Assembly: GCA_047611865.1 (NCBI GenBank)
Contig: JBLFWS010000013.1
Coordinates: 1 to 35,737, forward strand
Reading direction: 5' to 3'
DNA: 35,737 nt
Origin: Chlamydiales bacterium
GTDB lineage: Bacteria > Chlamydiota > Chlamydiia > Chlamydiales > JBDQID01
Below, one piece after another: positions 28,052 through 35,737 of this stretch. The position numbers and the translations under genes are program-made. The notes beneath the pieces are model-generated. The model was not told the DNA's origin, ran no database searches, and saw nothing but the letters and a program-made list of their open reading frames with translations. How positions within the stretch are numbered: the first letter of the stretch is position 1; every line of letters begins with the position of its first letter.

Positions 28052-28125
28052 GGGGCGGTTGGGCTCGAACTCTTGTCCTATTCAGACAATGACTGTCCGC
28101 TTACCCAGTACCCGGATTATGCCCC
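28052..28125 (-). ncRNA. Candidate structured RNA or degenerate tRNA-like element
   Basis: 74-nt GC-rich island closed by GGGGC/GCCCC, with internal stems (G-U pairs favour the minus strand) and GTTCGA near the 3' end. Confidence 0.3.
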
Positions 28126-28228
28126 AAACCTTAGCCAGCGGGAAAAGAAGCTGACAGTAAATCAAAAGGAATCAAGCTTTATTCAATCTCGTTGGTTTAC
28201 TATCGGTCTCAAAATCCAGAATATATAA

Positions 28229-28256
28229 ACAGGCGCCAGAGAAGCCCGGCGCCTGT
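28229..28256 (-). terminator. Probable terminator after the thiolase gene
   Basis: ACAGGCGCC/GGCGCCTGT perfect 9-bp stem 14 bp after the stop, with an AT-rich tail. Confidence 0.65.
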
Positions 28257-28269
28257 ATGAGTAGTGCTA

Positions 28270-29460
28270 TTAAGCAGCTTCGAAAATTGCACAGGCTCCC
28301 ATGCCTGTTCCAATACACATGGTAACCATTCCGTACTTGGATTTAGTACGCTTTAGGCCATGCAGAAGTGTCGCCGTTCGAATAGCCCCAGTTGCTCCCA
28401 ATGGATGCCCTAATGCTATGGCACCACCTTGTGGGTTCACTTTAGCAGGATCCAAGTGAAGAGTTTTCACAACAGCCAAAGATTGAGCTGCAAAGGCTTC
28501 ATTAAGTTCTATCCAATCTATATCGGATAGTTTGAGACCTGCTGCTTTCAATGCTTTAGGGATTGCAACGACTGGACCTATACCCATTGTTTCTGGGGCA
28601 ACTCCTGCTACAGAGAAACCTCTGAATATACCCAGTGGGGTCAGGTTATGCTCTTTCACGAACTTCTCACTTACGACAAGAACACATCCGGCTCCATCAC
28701 TCATTTGTGAGCTGTTACCAGCTGTTACCGTTCCTCTTGCTGCAAAAGCAGTCCTCAATTTAGCTAAGGCCTCCAGAGAAGATTCTCGTCTTGGACCCTC
28801 ATCGAATTTGACGATGTTTTCAATTTCGTCAATACATTGCTTTTCCAAATTGGGGAGTCTGCTTTTAGTAAGAAAAGGTGTTATCTCATCATTGAAATAT
28901 CCTTTTTCAATAGCATTTAAGGCTCTATAATGACTCTCCAGTGAGAAAGTATCTTGTTCCTCACGAGTAACTCCCCATCGATTGGCAACAATCTCGGCTG
29001 TTAGACCCATGCCATATGCTATTCCGATATTTTTTTCATTTTCAGTGAAAAAAGCTTCGTTAGCACTAAAGCTATGTCCTCCCATAGGCACTCTTGTCAT
29101 GCTTTCCACACCACCAGCAATGATGGCATCGGCTTGTCCCGTAGAGATTCTGTCTGCTGCATAAGCTATCGATTGAACGCCTGACGCGCAAAAACGATTG
29201 ACCGTAACAGCAGGCACTGAGTCAGGCAGACCTGCCAGGAGAGAGCCTATTCTGGCAACATTCATGCCTTGCTCACCTTCAGGCATAGCGCAACCAATAA
29301 TTACATCCTCTATTAAAGCAGGATCGACAGAAGGGACCTTTTTCAAGACACCCTGTATAGCGTGAACTAATAAATCATCGGGACGAACGTATTTAAAGAC
29401 ACCCTTGGCTTTACCCACAGGAGTTCTATTCGCAGCCACAATATAAACATCTTGAGCCAT
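28270..29460 (-). CDS. fadA: Acetyl-CoA C-acyltransferase (3-ketoacyl-CoA thiolase)
   Basis: NRFCASG, NEAFAAQ, GHPLGATG and MCIGTGMG. Confidence 0.93.
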   Translation of the reverse strand: MAQDVYIVAANRTPVGKAKGVFKYVRPDDLLVHAIQGVLKKVPSVDPALIEDVIIGCAMPEGEQGMNVARIGSLLAGLPDSVPAVTVNRFCASGVQSIAYAADRISTGQADAIIAGGVESMTRVPMGGHSFSANEAFFTENEKNIGIAYGMGLTAEIVANRWGVTREEQDTFSLESHYRALNAIEKGYFNDEITPFLTKSRLPNLEKQCIDEIENIVKFDEGPRRESSLEALAKLRTAFAARGTVTAGNSSQMSDGAGCVLVVSEKFVKEHNLTPLGIFRGFSVAGVAPETMGIGPVVAIPKALKAAGLKLSDIDWIELNEAFAAQSLAVVKTLHLDPAKVNPQGGAIALGHPLGATGAIRTATLLHGLKRTKSKYGMVTMCIGTGMGACAIFEAA

Positions 29461-29475
29461 TATGTCCTCCTAACC

Positions 29476-31806
29476 TTAATTTCTTAAGGGTTTGCCATTT
29501 TTCAGGGTGAATAGAATTCGTTCTTGAGTTTCTTTTGTATATAACAGTTCTACAAAGGCCTCTACCTCTAGACGCAAAAGCCAGGCTTCGTTTACCTTTT
29601 GTCCTGATTCAATGTCACCACCACAGATAACCTTGGCTAATAGTGTGCCAATGCGGTAGTCATGGGCTGAGATAAATCCACCCTCTCGCATATTCGCTAG
29701 CTGTGTTTGCAGTGTTGCAATCCCAGAACGGCCGAGAACCTGCAAACGCTGAGGAATGGGAGGTAAGTAGTTAGATTCTACCATAGCTTTAGCTTGACTA
29801 TGAGCTACGTAGAGGACCTCATTTGGATTATTCACTACCACATCAGTAGATTTCAGGAAGCCTTTAAGTTTAGCGTCAAGACCACTTGCAGACACCTGGG
29901 CCATCGCCAAGTTTTGATATAGCCGCTGGATTGCCTTTTCCAAGTTCCCGGTAGTAGAGGCTTCCTCAGAGGCTCTTACTGCCATCTCCTTAGTACCTCC
30001 CCCTGCAGGGATAACACCAACTCCCACTTCAACCAAGCCCATGTAAGACTCTAAAGCGGCAACAGTCCTTGCGCAATGCATGATGACTTCACAGCCACCA
30101 CCAAGAGACCTTCCATTGACAGCAGCAATGGTAGGTATTCTGGCGTATTTCAATGCCATTAGAGAATTCTGGAAATCCTGGATAAACTGAGTTACCTCAC
30201 GGGGAGTTCCGTCCTTAACAGCTAGCATAAATTCATTCAGGTCTGCTCCCAAGCAAAAATCACCATGACGTTGCCAGATAATCAAAGAGTTAAACTCTTT
30301 CTCAGCTCGTTGGAGAGAGAGTTGAATCCCTTCAATAACCCCACGGCTGATGGTGTTTCCTTTGGATTTAAAGCTGGCAATTGCCGCTTCTCCATCAAGG
30401 GTCCAGAGTCTGATATAATCCGTTTCAAATACGGTTTTCCCCTCATCAACCTTTTCTCCCAATACTGTATCAGGAAAAAACTGGTGCTTATAAACCGGTA
30501 AAGAAGAAGAAGAATTTTCCAGATTGCCCGCAGACACTTCATAAACCCATTCAGGTAAAGCGACATTACTCATCAAGTGACCCGCATCAATGGCTTCTTT
30601 AAGCCATGTGATTACTTTCTCCCAGCCAATAGCCGACCAGGTCTCAAAAGGGCCGAAAGTCCAACCGTAACCCCAACGCAGTGCTAAATCCACATCTCTC
30701 TTGGAGTGTGCAATATCCTTAAAATGGTAGGCGCAGTAATGAAACATATCGCAAAAGCAAGCAAAGAGGAATTTTGCTTCGGGAAGATCACTATTTTTCA
30801 GTTTCTCAAAGCGCTCTGATACATCTGGTGTCTTCAATATTTTGAGGATCTCAGGATTAAGCTCTGAATTGACAGGACGATAGGCTTTTTCTTTAAGATC
30901 AATAACCTGGATTTCTCTGCCGACTTTCTTAAATACACCAGCTTTTACCTTGGCTCCAAGAGCACCTTTCTCTATCAAGCCCGTAATCCAAGCTGGCACC
31001 TTTAGACAATCTACCCAAGGATCATCAGGCAAACCTACTTGTATGGTATTCACCACATGGGAGAAGGTATCCAATCCTACAACATCAAGGGTTCTGAATG
31101 TTGCACTCTTGGGTCTGCCAATCAATGGCCCTGTTATAGCATCAACAGCATCAGGGGCTAGACCGAACTTTTCTGCATGGTGTATTGCCGATAGCATGGA
31201 AAAAACACCGATCCGGTTACCGATAAAGTTTGGCGTATCTTTTGCCTTCACAACACCTTTTCCGACAATGCCCACCAGAAATGATTCCATCTGATCTAAC
31301 AAACGATTGTCAGTGTTCTTGTGAGGTACGAGCTCAACAAGTTTCATGTATCTTGGTGGATTGAAAAAATGCATGCCCAAAAATCTAGATGCCTGAGATT
31401 CAGGCATTGCTTTGGCTAAATCAGCAATACTGATACCGGAAGTGTTTGTAGCCAAAATAGCATTTTTTTTCATATATGGTGCAATCTTTTTGTAGAGATC
31501 GACTTTCCAATCTAATCTCTCAGAGATCGCCTCAATTACCAGATCGCAATCCCCAAGATTTGCCAGGTCATTGGAATAGTTTGCTGCTTGTAATTTATTG
31601 TGAATATCTCCTGTAGCAAAAGGTGGAGGCTGTAGCTTCGTTAACCCTTTGATACTTTTTTTCACCAGAGAGTTTGGATCTCCGTTCTCTGCTGACAGAT
31701 CGAACAGGATCGGTTCGATTCCAACATTCGCAAAATGGGCGCCAATTTGCGCACCCATCACACCAGCCCCTAAAATGGCAACTTTTTTTACTTCTAGTTG
31801 TTCCAT
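29476..31806 (-). CDS. 3-hydroxyacyl-CoA dehydrogenase / enoyl-CoA hydratase (FadN-like order, dehydrogenase first)
   Basis: GAGVMG, TNTSG, GMHFFNPPRYM and PNFIGNRIG; C-terminal crotonase FCLGADL, LGGGCE and GLVEVGVG. Confidence 0.93.
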   Translation of the reverse strand: MEQLEVKKVAILGAGVMGAQIGAHFANVGIEPILFDLSAENGDPNSLVKKSIKGLTKLQPPPFATGDIHNKLQAANYSNDLANLGDCDLVIEAISERLDWKVDLYKKIAPYMKKNAILATNTSGISIADLAKAMPESQASRFLGMHFFNPPRYMKLVELVPHKNTDNRLLDQMESFLVGIVGKGVVKAKDTPNFIGNRIGVFSMLSAIHHAEKFGLAPDAVDAITGPLIGRPKSATFRTLDVVGLDTFSHVVNTIQVGLPDDPWVDCLKVPAWITGLIEKGALGAKVKAGVFKKVGREIQVIDLKEKAYRPVNSELNPEILKILKTPDVSERFEKLKNSDLPEAKFLFACFCDMFHYCAYHFKDIAHSKRDVDLALRWGYGWTFGPFETWSAIGWEKVITWLKEAIDAGHLMSNVALPEWVYEVSAGNLENSSSSLPVYKHQFFPDTVLGEKVDEGKTVFETDYIRLWTLDGEAAIASFKSKGNTISRGVIEGIQLSLQRAEKEFNSLIIWQRHGDFCLGADLNEFMLAVKDGTPREVTQFIQDFQNSLMALKYARIPTIAAVNGRSLGGGCEVIMHCARTVAALESYMGLVEVGVGVIPAGGGTKEMAVRASEEASTTGNLEKAIQRLYQNLAMAQVSASGLDAKLKGFLKSTDVVVNNPNEVLYVAHSQAKAMVESNYLPPIPQRLQVLGRSGIATLQTQLANMREGGFISAHDYRIGTLLAKVICGGDIESGQKVNEAWLLRLEVEAFVELLYTKETQERILFTLKNGKPLRN

Positions 31807-31847
31807 GTGTACCCCTCAATGCAAAGTTGTCCCTCAGAGAAAGCCAA

Positions 31848-31865
31848 ATACTGCATATGTAGTAT
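31848..31865. promoter_or_regulatory. Palindromic candidate operator upstream of the beta-oxidation operon
   Basis: ATACTGCATATGTAGTAT, with 8 of 9 symmetric pairs, about 40 bp from the start codon. Confidence 0.45.
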
Positions 31866-32024
31866 GTTTAATTTTGTAAGGTATGAAACCATATATTCAA
31901 GTTTTTCCCCTTAATGTATCGGCGAATATATTTTTTTTTGAAAGAGATATTTTTCCCAAAAAAACCGATTCATGCTATTCCCCTAGGAATTACAAAATCC
32001 CCCTTTCCAAAAGGAACTTCTACC

Positions 32025-32768
32025 ATGGCAGAGGCTGCTTACAATGCTATTGCAAAAGAATACAAAGAATCCAAAAAGCTCCCATATCGCTACTTCCTGG
32101 AACAGTTCACCCTCTTTTCTCTAGTCGGAAAATTACATGGAAAAAAAGTTCTCGACCTCGCCTGTGGTGAAGGCTTTTATTCTCGAAAACTTAAAAAACA
32201 AGGTGCGGCTTCCGTGCTTGCCGTGGACCTTTCTGAAGAAATGATCTGCCTAGCTAAGCAAGAAGAAGATAGAAATCCCCTTGGGATCAAATATTTAGCT
32301 TCTGATGCGTCCCAAATGGGAATTCAAGGCACCTACGATCTGGTTTTTGCTGCATATCTTTTAAATTATGCCCAAAGCAAGGAACAACTTTTAAATTTTT
32401 GCCAGGTTATCTACGACAATCTTAAAGTCGGGGGCCGTTTCGTTAGTATTAACGACAATCCCATGCAGTCGGTGGAAACTTACCACCTCTGCAAGAAATA
32501 CGGTTTTGACAAGTGTTCTCAGGAATTTCGAAAGCAAGGCTCACCTATAGCTTACACCATGCACCTGCCTGATGAGACCGTTTTTTCTTTTGACAACTAC
32601 TACTTTAGTCCAGAAACCTATGAAGCAGTTTTTAGGACATGCGGTTTCAAGTCCTTTTCCTGGCATCCCATCCGGGTTTCACCTAAAGGAATAGCAGAGT
32701 ACGAAAATGGGTATTGGGATGACCTTGTAAAATATCAACCATTTGTTTGTTTAAAGGCCTTGAAGTAG
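32025..32768 (+). CDS. Class I SAM-dependent methyltransferase (small-molecule type)
   Basis: VLDLACGEG, AVDLSEEMI, YDLVFAAYLLNYA and LKVGGRF. ATG 32025 follows AAGGA (the track start is 31914). Confidence 0.88.
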   Translation: MAEAAYNAIAKEYKESKKLPYRYFLEQFTLFSLVGKLHGKKVLDLACGEGFYSRKLKKQGAASVLAVDLSEEMICLAKQEEDRNPLGIKYLASDASQMGIQGTYDLVFAAYLLNYAQSKEQLLNFCQVIYDNLKVGGRFVSINDNPMQSVETYHLCKKYGFDKCSQEFRKQGSPIAYTMHLPDETVFSFDNYYFSPETYEAVFRTCGFKSFSWHPIRVSPKGIAEYENGYWDDLVKYQPFVCLKALK

Positions 32769-33145
32769 AACACATGATGTTTTTTTGGGAATGCTTGTAT
32801 TCAATCGCTATTTGAAATTACGAATGAGAGAGGCTACTTCAGTTTTTTTCTTTTGGACAGCATAATCAAAGGCTGTTTTACCAGAGGTATCTTTCAAGGA
32901 TCTGTCTTTTTAAATAAACAAAACCAAGTACCTGAAACCAACTCGAATATAACAAACCCGACCAACTATATAAAACTATTATATACAACAACATTCTCTT
33001 TAAAAGAAAGACACAATAACATCGGGTTTTACAGTTTTATTTTTAATTCATATATGGACAATCTAAAGAAAGCAGAAGACTTTTCTTTAAAAAAAAAGAG
33101 CTCCCTCAATGGAAAGCTCTTCGATCATACCTTAGACTTGGATTG

Positions 33146-34546
33146 TTACCCTTGATTCTTGTGAATCAATTTTGAACTATCAGCAGCATGAGATTCTGGA
33201 ATTATCTGGTGTATAGATACAGAGCTCGCCTCATGAATTTTCCCTCCAACAACTCTTTCCAAGTCACTTTTTGCAATCCAATAGTCTCTTATAACTTCTA
33301 TGGATTTGCGAAAAACTTCTGCTTGATCTTGCTTTGATTTCAAGAGTTTATACAAACCTAAAGACATTGGGTTATAATCTCTCTCAGATAATACCAGAAC
33401 TTTTTTATACCAAGGAAGTAAGTTAGTTTGATAATGCTCTGCACGCTTTCTGGCAATCATCAAACGTCCTTGAGCCATCCTAACTTCAGTCCGTATTTCC
33501 ATTGCCAAAGCTTCTGCACGTTGCTTGCTCTTTCGAAGGGAAACCGCTTGTGTTGAATACTTCTCACCTATGGTACTTTTATTAATCCCAGCTTCTGTTA
33601 ACAACGCTTCTTTCTTTCGAGGAGTTACCCACTCCCACTCAATTGATTGTGATAAAGAATTTGCCAAAGTCTCCGCTTTCTCTTTTGATGCAAGAAGCTC
33701 TACTCGTTTGACAACTGCAAGGTTTTCAAGGTCCTCCAATTCCTCTTCACTATCGGGAATTCGTGGGAGGGAACCAACAGCTTTCATATTCAGGTCTTTT
33801 CCCCAAAATCCCATAAGGAAAGCTAAGCGCTCACGACTCGCTAAAACCTCTGCTTCAATATCATAGAGTTCCAGAATAGTTTGTTCATGGGCAACTTTTC
33901 TGCTAACCAGGTCAAGTTCTCGAAAAGTCCCGGAACCTAATTGCATGTTAGCATACTCAACAGCCAGTTCACTTGAGCGCAACATTTCCTTCAGCATATA
34001 CTCTACTTGTATGCTGGCCTGATATTTGTAAAATGCTGACCGTGTTTCTGCGGATAGGTCTAGAACTTCTTTAGAAATGCGAAGCTTGGCTTTTTCAAAT
34101 TCGCCTTTATACATTTTCTTTTTCATCAGAGGCTCTAAAACATTCAGAAAGTCCTCCTCCACTTGAAAAGTCTGAGCAACCTGTACTTCCTCTTCGTCAC
34201 CTGAAGGAATTCCACGCACAAAAATAGAAATATCCAAAAGCCCACCCTGAATCATATCCAGCTGGCTAATTCCCATTTCTTCAAAGCTTACCTTTATATG
34301 CGCATTTTGTAAAATTGCAGAAAGAACAGCCCCATCAGGGGTAAGTTCTTTATCCAGAATAAGCAAAATCTTATCGGATACAACTGTATCTTCATTCGCT
34401 TCCTGATAGGATGTCCAAGGCTGTGTAACACGAGTTTCTACAATTTTAGAAACATCGTAAAACTCCCCTTGCTTTGTTTCAGAACAGCCTGTCAACAATA
34501 ATGAACAGACAAGAGTCTGTAAAGTTCTTGTTTTGTCATAAGTCAT
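33146..34546 (-). CDS. TolC/OEP-family outer-membrane lipoprotein (divergent)
   Basis: Lipobox LLLTGC, LTPDGAVLSAILQN, heptad helices and YWIAKSDLERVVGG. GGAGG RBS before ATG 34546. Confidence 0.75.
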   Translation of the reverse strand: MTYDKTRTLQTLVCSLLLTGCSETKQGEFYDVSKIVETRVTQPWTSYQEANEDTVVSDKILLILDKELTPDGAVLSAILQNAHIKVSFEEMGISQLDMIQGGLLDISIFVRGIPSGDEEEVQVAQTFQVEEDFLNVLEPLMKKKMYKGEFEKAKLRISKEVLDLSAETRSAFYKYQASIQVEYMLKEMLRSSELAVEYANMQLGSGTFRELDLVSRKVAHEQTILELYDIEAEVLASRERLAFLMGFWGKDLNMKAVGSLPRIPDSEEELEDLENLAVVKRVELLASKEKAETLANSLSQSIEWEWVTPRKKEALLTEAGINKSTIGEKYSTQAVSLRKSKQRAEALAMEIRTEVRMAQGRLMIARKRAEHYQTNLLPWYKKVLVLSERDYNPMSLGLYKLLKSKQDQAEVFRKSIEVIRDYWIAKSDLERVVGGKIHEASSVSIHQIIPESHAADSSKLIHKNQG

Positions 34547-34865
34547 GCTAACCCCCTCCCGAAAAGGAATGCATAGTATCACGATATGGCGATGTGTAAC
34601 ATTTATTACCTGTGATAGAGACTTATTATAATTTCACTGCGAAGGTCGTTAAAAGAATAACAAGACTCCAAAATCCTGAGTAAATCATTCTCACTCAAAC
34701 GGTGAATTCATGAAAAGAATTTTTCTTAAAGATTTTCATAAAGGTGAAATCAGAGTTGATCTGATAAAGACAAAATTTTAAAAAATAACTACGCAACAGC
34801 ACTTCCAGCACAGTTTTGCACCTTCACATCATAATGCCTTTGCATTATCGAGCCACAAGTACGCG

Positions 34866-35197
34866 CCACTCTACAAAAGAGCGGAAGAGGAGGGACGAAT
34901 CCCCCGGTAGGTCATCATATGCTCTTATCCACCCATGTACAATTATCGACTCTTTTACGGAGTCATAACCAACATTCTGAGTAACATAGGAGCATGACTT
35001 TTACTCTTTTATCACTACCTTATTAGCTTACATACCAGCTGGGCAAGATTGATTTAGCAGCCATCTTGCCCTTGCTGTAGTTATTATACGAAGACCCAGT
35101 AAACCCGGATCCAGGTGTATTGAGTTATGTTTCAACTCAATGAGGACGCTCTAGATTTTGTACACTAGAGCACTCCACACCTGGATTTCCTACTTCC
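34866..35197 (-). ncRNA. Candidate multi-stem structured RNA downstream of the histone-like gene
   Basis: Several 7-11 bp stems, a three-way junction (35109-35186), a UUCG-capped hairpin and a possible long-range closing stem. Confidence 0.4.
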
Positions 35198-35212
35198 TAC
35201 TAAATCCCTTTA

Positions 35213-35737
35213 TTATCTTCTCTTAGCTGCAGCTTTTTTCTTAGGTGCTGCTTTCTTCGGTGCTGCTTTCTTCGGTGCTACCTTTTTCTTAGGTGCTGCT
35301 TTCTTCGCTGCTACCTTTTTCTTAGGTGCTGCTTTCTTAGCTGCTACCTTTTTCTTAGGTGCTGCTTTCTTCTTGGCTGCTACCTTTTTCTTAGGAGCTG
35401 CTTTCTTCTTAGCTGCTACCTTTTTCTTAGGTGCTGCTTTCTTCTTGGCTGCTACCTTTTTCTTAGGTGCTGCTTTCTTAGCTGCCACCTTTTTCTTAGG
35501 TGCTGCTTTCTTAGCTGTCACCTTTTTCTTAGGTGCTGCTTTCTTAGCTGCTACCTTTTTCTTAGGTGCTGCTTTCTTAGGTGCTGCTTTCTTAGCTGCT
35601 ACCTTTTTCTTAGGTGCTGCTTTCTTAGCTGCTACCCTTTTCTTAGGTGCTGCTTTCTTAGCTGCTACCCTTTTCTTAGGTGCTGCTTTCTTAGCTGCTA
35701 CCTTTTTCTTAGGCGCTGCTTTCTTCGCCGCAGGTTT
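35213..35737 (-). CDS. Histone H1-like Lys/Ala/Pro-rich DNA-binding protein (Hc2/HctB-like), 5' end beyond the window
   Basis: The frame is open from the window edge (KPAAKKAAPKKKV...) to tandem TAA stops. The GTG start at 35521 in the track is internal. Confidence 0.85.
   Translation of the reverse strand, partial: KPAAKKAAPKKKVAAKKAAPKKRVAAKKAAPKKRVAAKKAAPKKKVAAKKAAPKKAAPKKKVAAKKAAPKKKVTAKKAAPKKKVAAKKAAPKKKVAAKKKAAPKKKVAAKKKAAPKKKVAAKKKAAPKKKVAAKKAAPKKKVAAKKAAPKKKVAPKKAAPKKAAPKKKAAAKRR
35222..35735 (-). repeat. Coding tandem repeat, mostly 33/36-bp units (AAKK[K]AAPKKKV)
   Basis: More than a dozen near-identical units of GCAGCTAAGAAAGCAGCACCTAAGAAAAAGGTA. Confidence 0.95.

Noticed and set aside
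28052..28125. Functional tRNA gene
   Set aside because: The T stem and anticodon stem do not pair; kept only as a tRNA-like candidate.
28034..28228. 64-aa ORF
   Set aside because: No RBS or motif; overlaps the structured element.
32853..33155. 100-aa ORF
   Set aside because: TTG start, AT-rich low-information sequence, no motif, and it overlaps the end of the TolC-like gene.
34881..34910. Functional tRNA-Ser or tmRNA
   Set aside because: Only a 3'-end resemblance: the T-loop is non-canonical, there are no D or anticodon arms, no CCA, and no tag frame ending in AA-stop.

Overview
Gene-dense, AT-rich bacterial chromosome segment. It is most consistent with an environmental member of Chlamydiota; this is inferred from a SycD/LcrH T3SS chaperone, two chlamydial-type SET proteins, eukaryote-like kinases and a phosphatase with low-complexity N-termini, and a Lys/Ala/Pro histone-like gene. 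The window opens in the 3' end of an ISAs1 element that the ORF track misses, followed by a frameshifted YbaK-family gene. Housekeeping and metabolic genes include fatty-acid/acyl-CoA catabolism (dienoyl-CoA reductase, B12-dependent IcmF, thiolase, hydroxyacyl-CoA dehydrogenase/hydratase), malic enzyme, GGT, cyclophilin, an ABC-2 exporter, a BolA-Grx4 fusion, LMF and a TolC-like protein. The most notable items are: (1) an FkbM-SET double-methyltransferase fusion in tandem with a SET paralog; (2) two PI3/4-kinase-like candidate effectors, one next to a dual-specificity phosphatase; (3) miniature IS903-like elements, including a 44-bp copy with an exact 9-bp target duplication nested in a long palindrome; (4) two palindromes built from 9-nt units; and (5) two candidate structured RNAs with tRNA-like features. 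All calls come from reading motifs by eye; no searches were run.
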